A stretch of DNA of 64,000 bases from an uncultured Clostridia bacterium (lineage in GTDB: Bacteria; Bacillota; Clostridia; Oscillospirales; CAG-382). A model generated the notes under the pieces. It saw only the letters and a list, made by a program, of their open reading frames with translations. It was not told where the DNA came from and did not search any database. The position numbers were made by a program, and so were the translations under genes. How positions within the stretch are numbered: the stretch's first letter is position 1; every line of letters starts with the position of its first letter. Below are positions 57,039 through 64,000 of the stretch, in pieces. The stretch is taken from the NCBI GenBank assembly GCA_947628695.1, contig CANRAV010000007.1, positions 19,549-83,548 of the forward strand, read 5' to 3'.

Positions 57039-57323
57039 TTGTCTACTCAAATTACTGTTGATCTAAAAGAACTACAGCTTGCAGAAAGCAGGTTGTCAAC
57101 GCTACAGAAAAGTACAGCGAATAGAAAACTGACAATTAATATATCTCAATCAAGGGGCTCGGTTGCCGACGAACTTCGTAATGCCGCAACTCAATTAAAT
57201 GAAATTGGTGTGCAACTTGCGTTACTTATAAATAAGACAGAAACCGCTGTGAAAAATGCCTGGGTTTCCTTCGAGAATGCGGATAGCGAATTGGCTAAGC
57301 ATTTTGACATTACGGAGGAGTAA
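57039..57323 (+). CDS. Small helical T7SS targeting factor (Lap1 / TIGR04197-like), second copy
   Basis: 94 aa and helical, with a C-terminal FENAD (FxxxD) motif. It is paralogous in layout to 53370-53663. Confidence 0.55.
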   Translation: MSTQITVDLKELQLAESRLSTLQKSTANRKLTINISQSRGSVADELRNAATQLNEIGVQLALLINKTETAVKNAWVSFENADSELAKHFDITEE

Positions 57324-57325
57324 AA

Positions 57326-58123
57326 ATGAAGAAGAATCGTCAAAGGCTACTTTTACTTATTCTTACGATAATCATCACGATAGGAGTGTGTGGATGCGAT
57401 ATGAATAATAACTCTACCGCCAGAAATGAATCCGGAAACAACACAAGCAATGTGTCAGAAAATGTCGAACTAAACAACAGGCAGCTACAAATTCTTGAAG
57501 CCCAGGGATTGCCTCAAAATTTCAGGGAACTTTCGTCTTCTCAAAAGAAAGCAATCGTATCTATTGAGGAATTGTTATCGAGTGCCGAATCGAAATATGG
57601 CATGGATTTTTGTTATGCTGGCTATGTTGAAGCAAGTACCTTGGAATCTGAAAAAGTAATTGCGTACCCTGCTGGCGGAACCGAGTCTACTGACAGTTTT
57701 TTAATTTTAAGATCCTCAGATGGTACCATCACCGATGAATATATGAATGTCGCTTTAAGGGGAGAATATTCTGAACTGATTTTGATGCTTGCAAAAGATG
57801 CTTTATCTTCTGAAAATACAAAAGTCTTTGTAGAGGTTACAAATACAGCATTGACCTCTATTCCAGATGATATTGATCAGCTTGTTGGCAATGTTGAAGG
57901 AACTTCTGTGATCTTTGTTGACGGATCCGACGTTTCAGAAGAGCAGTTTGAATTTTTTGTTTCTTCTATTAAGCAAGCCCTTGAGGAAAAACAACTGTAC
58001 GGCACAGCGCAAATCATTCTTTTGAATGCAGATACCATTAAGTATTTAACTCAATATAATTACACTGATTATCTTGATCCTGAGTGCTATACAGACAGAG
58101 AAAGTATAAGTATAAAGAAATAA
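57326..58123 (+). CDS. Lipoprotein, candidate immunity protein for the adjacent lipase
   Basis: Its signal peptide ends in a lipobox (IGVCGC). It lies immediately upstream of the lipase-like effector. Confidence 0.6.
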   Translation: MKKNRQRLLLLILTIIITIGVCGCDMNNNSTARNESGNNTSNVSENVELNNRQLQILEAQGLPQNFRELSSSQKKAIVSIEELLSSAESKYGMDFCYAGYVEASTLESEKVIAYPAGGTESTDSFLILRSSDGTITDEYMNVALRGEYSELILMLAKDALSSENTKVFVEVTNTALTSIPDDIDQLVGNVEGTSVIFVDGSDVSEEQFEFFVSSIKQALEEKQLYGTAQIILLNADTIKYLTQYNYTDYLDPECYTDRESISIKK

Positions 58124-58150
58124 CATCCATTTAAGAAAGGGGCGAACTGC

Positions 58151-59854
58151 ATGACTTTAACCGATAATGAATTATGTATGATCGAGCAACTATGCTACTT
58201 AAATAAAGATGTGGCCGAGGCCGCAGGAATTAGCGGCTTCACTGGTGTTAAAGCTGAAGCCGGTCATAAGGGTATGTCCATTGCTGAGATATTAGAGCCG
58301 TTTGATGAGAACGCTTTGAACAAACTTGAAGCACTTGGGGATAAAGAATTGGATGGAGCTTGTGCCAGCGGTAAAGAATGGGCAGAGATTATTCGCTATT
58401 TGAAGTCCAGCGAACGAATTAGTAGTCTGGCACTATCCGAGACAATGGTGAATTCAAATGGAACCACACTGGCTCTTTGTTTTACTGAATCGGCAAATTC
58501 AGATAGTGCTATCGTCGCTTTCAAGGGAACGTCAGGCGGTGATGAGTGGATTGATAATGTTGAGGGGTTGAACACCTCTGATACACAATGTCAAAAAGAA
58601 GCTTTAGATTTCATTGAGAGCCTGAGATTCTCAGATATAACAGTAACTGGTCACTCAAAGGGCGGCAACAAGGCTATGTATGTTGCCATAACCTCTGACA
58701 AGGTTACTCGTTGCGTAGCCTATGATGGGTAAGGATTCTCGCAGCAGTTCATCGATAAATACTGGGCGGAAATTCAAGCACGCGGCAATAACATTACAAA
58801 CTACTCCCTCTCTACCGATTATGTGCATGCGCTTATGTTTCCTGTTCCTAATTCAAATCAGGTGTACTGCAAAGGGTATGGCGTAGATAATATCAAACAA
58901 CACCATAGTCCAGATTCCTTTTTTGTAACAGATGAAAACGGAAACTTAATCCTAGACGAGAACGGAAATCCCATTGTGATTTCAATCTCCGAAGATGAGT
59001 CCATTATGATGCTCCACGATTTCACCACCTTTGTTATAAATAATGCAGATGAAAATGACAAGGTAATCATTGTTGACTATGTATCGCAGCTTTTAGCAAT
59101 GGCTTTTGGCGGCGGAGACATGTCAACTGACGAGATGATTGATTTCCTTCTTTCAGATCCGGAAACACTCGCACTAATAGTCGCTTACTTGATTAAATAC
59201 ATGGAGGTTAGTGATCTATCAGCGGAGGATATTGATAAATTACTTAAAACATTAGGCTTGGATTCTTTGGATGAGATGTTTACGGTTAATGTCAAGGGAG
59301 TTGATATTGTCGGTTTATCTTGCCTGCTAGACTATATAAAAAAACAGTTAACAGACAATGATGATGACTGGATCATCGCAAATGTATTGTTACCTCTTCT
59401 GAAAAAATGGAAATTCGATGATCTTGACATTGATATTACTGATTTCTGGAATAAGGTTAATAGCAAAGTTAAGAAAATAAACACCTCTGGAGGAACTTCA
59501 AATGCAAAAGCAAAAACAGGTTCTATTAGAGATTTCTCACTAACTGTTTACAATGCTCTTATGGGTGCAATCAGGAAAATTGAGAATATGTCCTTTTCTT
59601 CGGTATCATCGTGGGCAAGTTATTCATCAGAGGAGTGGTACTCTTCTCTATTTGTGTCAACAGCTATAAAAGGTTTTTCCGCCTATTTTAATAAGTTGAC
59701 TCAGACAAACTCCAAATGTAAGACCAAAATTGAGACGATATTTTCTAATGTATCCCAGGCGGATACAAACGGTGGAAACAGGATAAAGCAGACTACATCT
59801 GCGCTTCAAACGTTAAAGGTAAACTTGAATGATTGTGCCAATGGCATTGGCTAA
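58151..59854 (+). pseudogene. Alpha/beta-hydrolase (DUF2974/Mbeg1-like lipase) effector with a C-terminal helical domain, interrupted by an in-frame TAA at 58730-58732
   Basis: It has a nucleophile-elbow motif (GHSKGGNKA). ORFs 58151-58732 and 58823-59854 share one frame, and the sequence reads YDG-stop-GFSQQF through a single TAA. The C-terminal ~300 aa are helical. Confidence 0.65.
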
Positions 59855-59913
59855 TAACATTGCTCCAATCCGGTATAACCGGACGGAGATATATTTTATG
59901 TGAGGATCTCAAA

Positions 59914-60206
59914 ATGGCAAACTAAATCAAAATCACTCCGGATCGGATGCACGAGAGAGCAAACCAGTATCGCACAGAGTCAGACACTGTTAACGGTGTT
60001 ATCGGTAAAATGTACTCATCGCTTCATCAGCTGAAGGGCAAATGTGAAGTCTTAGCGAGCAAATCCTAAGCGATCTGCTATTAGGAACTGAAATCCGGCT
60101 TCATGAACGCTGAAAAAACGTCTGTAAAATCGCAGCTGCTTTTGACTTTATTGTAAAGAGTGTTAAGGGTACCGATCTCAATATAGTGAACCGGTTCATA
60201 GGTTAA
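59914..60206 (+). pseudogene. Decayed tandem copy of esxA (WXG100)
   Basis: It aligns codon-for-codon with 60266-60559. It carries at least 5 stop codons, one 1-nt deletion, a lost RBS and WEG changed to CE. Confidence 0.8.
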
Positions 60207-60265
60207 TTGAAGTATATATTCGGTTCATCCGATTATATAAAAAATTCGGAAAGGAGGACATATCA

Positions 60266-60559
60266 ATGGCAAATCAGATTAGAATTACCCCGGACCAGAT
60301 GCGTGAGAGAGCAAATCAGTATCGCGCCGAGGCAGACACCGTAAACGGCGTAATCGGCAAGATGGACTCACTGCTTCAGCAACTGCAGGGCGAATGGGAA
60401 GGCTCCGCGAGCGAATCATATGCGGCTCGCTATCAGGAACTGAAGCCCGGATTCATGAAAGCTGAAGAACTAATCCGCGAAATTGCAGCTGCTCTTGACT
60501 CTACTGCGAAGATCGTTGAGGAGACTGATACCGACATCGCCAATCAGTTCAGGGGCTAA
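60266..60559 (+). CDS. esxA: WXG100 family type VII secretion substrate EsxA
   Basis: 97 aa with a strong RBS (AAAGGAGG). It has a W-E-G motif in GEWEGSASESY and the helix-turn-helix layout of ESAT-6-like proteins. Confidence 0.9.
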   Translation: MANQIRITPDQMRERANQYRAEADTVNGVIGKMDSLLQQLQGEWEGSASESYAARYQELKPGFMKAEELIREIAAALDSTAKIVEETDTDIANQFRG

Positions 60560-60844
60560 CAGCTTCTTTGTCTAACGACCCCTTGACAGGAGTTGAGGGG
60601 CCGTTAGTTCAAAGGCAAATGTTTTTACTTGAAAATGAACTGGACTTTTACAAAGGTGATCATATGACAGAGCAATAATTATCGATTTTGCCTACATAGG
60701 TGTGCTGATGGGTGATATAGAAGACCTTAGCAAGTATGTAGAAATGATTTTAATACACAAAGTATATATGCGCGTAAGTTTACCGACAAGCAAGTTATGG
60801 ATGAGATAAGGGTAAAGTAAAACAACAGAAAATGAGTGTGGATT

Positions 60845-62827
60845 ATGAATAGAAGTGATTTGGTGGCGGCATTTCAGGACTCGGTTGCCTTTTCAGAATC
60901 TGATATTTTGAGAGAGAAAACGGCACAGGCGGCTGCATCATCAAAAGTATATTTGGAGGGCTTTCAGGCACACAGCCATCCCGAAGGTCACAAGGCAGCA
61001 ATTACGGTCGAAGAGGACACGACCTTTTCAGCTGCAAGGAGACACTTCTCAGCGGGGCAAACTGCTGTGCTGAATTTTGCGAATCCCGTAACGCCGGGAG
61101 GCGGAGCGCAGAACGGTGCTATGGCTCAGGAAGAATGCCTTTGCCGCAGCAGCAACCTTTATGTTTGCTTGACATCCTCGCCTTTTTTGGACTACTATCA
61201 ATACAACCGCTCGCTGCATAATCACTTTTATTCCGACCGTATTATTTACACCAAAGGGGTTACGGTATTCAAAACCGATGACGAAATCCCGGTACTGCTG
61301 CCTGAACAGGACCGGTTTCAGGTTGATGTAATCACCTGTGCTGCGCCGTATATTGCAGGGGAAAAATATACCAATAAAACTGTGTTGAAATCCATTTTCA
61401 AAAGCAGGATCAAAAACATTTTTGAAGTAGCTGCGGAAAATGGCATTACAACGCTGATTCTCGGCGCGTTCGGGTGCGGTGCTTTTAAAAACCCGCCGGA
61501 GTTGGTCGCTTCCGCTTTTCAAGAAGTGATTGCGGAAAATAAATACGAGAAACAGTTTGATCAAATTGTGTTTGCAATCAAGAAATCGGAAGACAATGCG
61601 AATTACCGTGCATTTTTTAATACATTCTGCATGCTGATAGAGAACTGCCCTTGCTACATTTTGCATGAAATTCCACTGCCAAGCGGTAACAGCATTGCAG
61701 GGACAAGTGTACGTTTCGATTGTGCTCCTATCAACACCGCGTTGGATACTGTGAAAAAATGGGTTGCCGAGGGGATAGGATATCCGGCGGGACAATCTGC
61801 ATCTCATGTGACACCCGATGAGAAAGAAAATTATTTGCGGTACGCCTCGTTCTTAAAATGGCAACTTCAAAATCCGTTTTACAAGAAACAGTTTTCCGTT
61901 CTCGGCGACTCAATAAGCACGCTGGATGGATATAACCCCAAAGGATACAATCTGTTCTATACCGGAGATACCTGCAACAGAACAAAAGTCCGCGATATGC
62001 AGGACACCTGGTGGGGCAAGGTCATCGACTTTTTCGGCGGTGAGCTGCTGGTCAACAACTCATGGTCGGGCAGCCGCGTTACAAAACTGCCGAACCGGGA
62101 TACGCTTTTCCCTTCCGGATGCAGTGATGAACGGACCGGCGGACTTCATATCGGAGGAGTTATGCCGGATGTCATTATCGTTTATCTCGGAACGAACGAC
62201 TGGGCATACGGTGTGAAGGCCGATGATGGCGGTATCCGGCGGGAGTATTATCAAGACGAGAAAACAGGATTGATGTATGAACGCTATCCGTGCGAGGACG
62301 TTTCGATTTTTTCGTTCGCATACGAGCGGATGCTGAATAAAATCAAACAAAACTATCCGAACGCCGAGGTTTTCTGCTGCACGCTGAATGAAACCTATAT
62401 GTCCTCGAATCCGTCATTCTCTTTTCCGCATTCTTATGCAGGGACACATATTGAACGGTTTAATGAGGTGATTCGCAAAAAGGTAGAGTCGGCCGGTTAC
62501 AAGCTGATTGAACTGTACAACAACCACGTTCCATACGATACGGTGGACGGCACTCATCCTACGGCGGCCGGTATGGATACTCTTGCAACGCTTGTGCTGC
62601 GCGGGATGTGCGATAGCGAGGGCGCAACTTTCCTCGACTGCGAGGGAGAACACGAATACACTAGCGATTTTGTGAAAGTCTGCCGCAAATGCGCACTCAA
62701 ACAGGACTGCAGTTTTACTCCGCCTTTAGTTAAAGCTGTTAACAAGCCGTCAATAAAGATTCAAGACGACGCTCAAAATCAACCACCGAAAAAGGGATTC
62801 TTTTCACGCATATTGAAAAAGAAATAA
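60845..62827 (+). CDS. Fusion protein: TIGR02452/PARG-like macrodomain (N) plus SGNH/GDSL hydrolase (C)
   Basis: - The N-terminal part has VLNFANPVTPGGG...AQEECLCRSSNLY...LGAFGCGAFKNPP.
- The C-terminal part has SGNH blocks: VLGDSIS (I), NNSWSGSRV (II), LGTNDW (III) and DGTHPT (V). Confidence 0.75.
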   Translation: MNRSDLVAAFQDSVAFSESDILREKTAQAAASSKVYLEGFQAHSHPEGHKAAITVEEDTTFSAARRHFSAGQTAVLNFANPVTPGGGAQNGAMAQEECLCRSSNLYVCLTSSPFLDYYQYNRSLHNHFYSDRIIYTKGVTVFKTDDEIPVLLPEQDRFQVDVITCAAPYIAGEKYTNKTVLKSIFKSRIKNIFEVAAENGITTLILGAFGCGAFKNPPELVASAFQEVIAENKYEKQFDQIVFAIKKSEDNANYRAFFNTFCMLIENCPCYILHEIPLPSGNSIAGTSVRFDCAPINTALDTVKKWVAEGIGYPAGQSASHVTPDEKENYLRYASFLKWQLQNPFYKKQFSVLGDSISTLDGYNPKGYNLFYTGDTCNRTKVRDMQDTWWGKVIDFFGGELLVNNSWSGSRVTKLPNRDTLFPSGCSDERTGGLHIGGVMPDVIIVYLGTNDWAYGVKADDGGIRREYYQDEKTGLMYERYPCEDVSIFSFAYERMLNKIKQNYPNAEVFCCTLNETYMSSNPSFSFPHSYAGTHIERFNEVIRKKVESAGYKLIELYNNHVPYDTVDGTHPTAAGMDTLATLVLRGMCDSEGATFLDCEGEHEYTSDFVKVCRKCALKQDCSFTPPLVKAVNKPSIKIQDDAQNQPPKKGFFSRILKKK

Positions 62828-63324
62828 AATGGAGATTGAATAGTGACTCACTCCGCTGAGCGGCAGCTTGCGGTGTTTGAACGGTAACAAAAGAGCTCTT
62901 CACACCAACCGAAGACGTTACCGGGCTTTTTAATGCTTCTGCAGTATCTCTGCAGAAGCACATGCGACATGCATTAAACAGAAAAGTGCTTAACACGGTA
63001 AGCGTAAAGCAATGAAGTCTTCGGGCAAAGAATGCCTTTTAAAAAGCTCATAGCAGACGGCAATATGAATTCCCGGCTTAAGACAGAACCCCCGGGGAAG
63101 ATGACATTGACATAGTCGGAGAGCTTATTTTTCTGGCGAGCTTTGTATTCCTCAATTTTTTGTCTGAACCGGAAAAGGCCATTGAGGCGAACAGTTTCCA
63201 CATCGACGCGCCAACAAAGACGGTGCTTGTTAGCTTGAAAAATTTAATGATAAAATATGTGTCAAGCTTGTCTGTCTTAGTTTTGCGCACCGCGGTCTTA
63301 CCAAAGCGGCTGTCAATACAATAA

Positions 63325-63367
63325 GCAAACAGCGCCGGGGGCAGTGATGCTTCCCGGCGCTGTTTGC
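63325..63367 (-). terminator. Stem-loop terminator after the minus-strand gene
   Basis: GCAAACAGCGCCGGG-N13-CCCGGCGCTGTTTGC, a perfect 15-bp stem. Confidence 0.6.
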
Positions 63368-63399
63368 TTCGGCGCTTGAATATGTAATTTTCCCGAGCG

Positions 63400-63996
63400 C
63401 TATTCGGTTTTATAGCCCATTTCGTGCAGTATGCGGAGGGCCTCGTCCTTGTCAATTGCACCTTCCGCAAACGCCTTTTGAATTCCCGGGCCGAATGTGA
63501 TAGTAGGCATACCTGTACTGCTGCTGTGGGCGGCAAGCGCGTTCGGAGTCCAGCCGTGATTGCACCAAAGATGTTGGTTGTTGCACATGTCGTAAATGGC
63601 CTCTATCAGTGTGTTAAGCTGATATTTGCCGGACAGCATCACGCCCATAGCAGTCAAATCTTCAAAAAAGCTGTCTGTCAGGTCGTTTGCTTCGTCATAT
63701 CCGACGCTGTTTTTCCGCTTTATCCCGTCAATCAGATACTGCGCGGCTGTGACGCTTTTCAGCTTCGTCTCTAATTCTTCCGCCTTTTTCGGGTTACCCT
63801 TGTGTCCCTCGACTTCCCCTCGCAGCCATTTCAGCTCATGCTCGTCAAATTCGTCGATATATGAAAACTCCCGCAGATATTTGCCGTTATAAGGGCATTT
63901 GCGTGTCTCGCCGAAAAAGCTTGTATATTCGGGGCACGTGGATTTCAGGTTGTTCAAAAGCTTCAGCAACCTACGTTCTTCATCCGTTTCGGGCAT
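63400..63996 (-). CDS. Hypothetical protein (start may lie beyond the window edge)
   Basis: The 198-aa ORF has protein-like composition. No family was recognised. Confidence 0.5.
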   Translation of the reverse strand: MPETDEERRLLKLLNNLKSTCPEYTSFFGETRKCPYNGKYLREFSYIDEFDEHELKWLRGEVEGHKGNPKKAEELETKLKSVTAAQYLIDGIKRKNSVGYDEANDLTDSFFEDLTAMGVMLSGKYQLNTLIEAIYDMCNNQHLWCNHGWTPNALAAHSSSTGMPTITFGPGIQKAFAEGAIDKDEALRILHEMGYKTE

Positions 63997-64000
63997 GGAG

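Noticed and set aside
58711-58719. TTGCGTAGC inside the lipase gene, which matches 8 of 9 nt of the recombination-site arm TTGCGTAGA.
   Set aside because: It is a single half-site with no partner arm or spacer. A match of this length is expected by chance in 64 kb.
55840-58732. The in-frame TAA codons as evidence for stop-codon reassignment (an alternative genetic code).
   Set aside because: Many well-supported genes in the window terminate at TAA at the expected protein ends, for example esxA, the giant surface protein gene and the PucR-like regulator. TAA is therefore a functional stop here, and nonsense mutation is the parsimonious explanation.
62970-63330. Minus-strand ORF fragments (62974-63201 and part of 63078-63536) considered as a degraded transposase or IS remnant marking the island boundary.
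   Set aside because: The fragments are short and split between frames. I cannot match them to any IS family or find terminal inverted repeats, so I leave them unassigned.

Overview
By eye this is a Clostridia-like Firmicutes chromosome, inferred from gene content only. No rRNA, tRNA or CRISPR array was recognised.

**1 to 26.3 kb: GC-rich and mostly housekeeping**
- Genes include a MATE efflux fragment, an M3 oligoendopeptidase, a PucR-like regulator, ftsE-ftsX with an M23 peptidase and an S41 protease, and greA-lysS.
- A 5.6-kb metabolic cassette (ketopantoate-reductase-like, OYE/enoate-reductase-like, two-subunit aconitase X) is bracketed by 101-bp direct repeats.
- A large lipoprotein, a C11 peptidase (both apparently frameshifted) and a LytTR/AgrC-like two-component pair follow.
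- The 2.3-3.4 kb intergenic gap holds an apparent unannotated type I toxin-antitoxin module and a structured plus-strand RNA candidate.

**26.4 to 63.3 kb: visibly more AT-rich and accessory**
- It opens with a Sel1-repeat protein, a HEPN/MNT toxin-antitoxin pair, a methyltransferase and a zinc-ribbon/DEDD exonuclease.
- Next is a tyrosine recombinase gene flanked by two inverted core-type recombination sites. The segment carries an outward-facing consensus promoter, so it is a candidate invertible switch.
- Directly downstream lies a ~28-kb non-canonical type VII secretion (T7SSb-like) locus.
  - Recognisable T7SS parts are EssC, YukD/EsaB, WXG100 EsxA, and LXG/Lap-like effector modules including a lipase with reversed domain order.
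  - I see no recognisable EssA, EssB or EsaA.
  - In their place are a Hanks kinase, a PP2C phosphatase, two FHA proteins, three proteins with arrays of T-x-[LI]-L motifs, a TadZ/CpaE-like ATPase and a 2,746-aa Ig-repeat surface protein.

I consider the switch plus this kinase/FHA-wired T7SS variant the most interesting system in the window.
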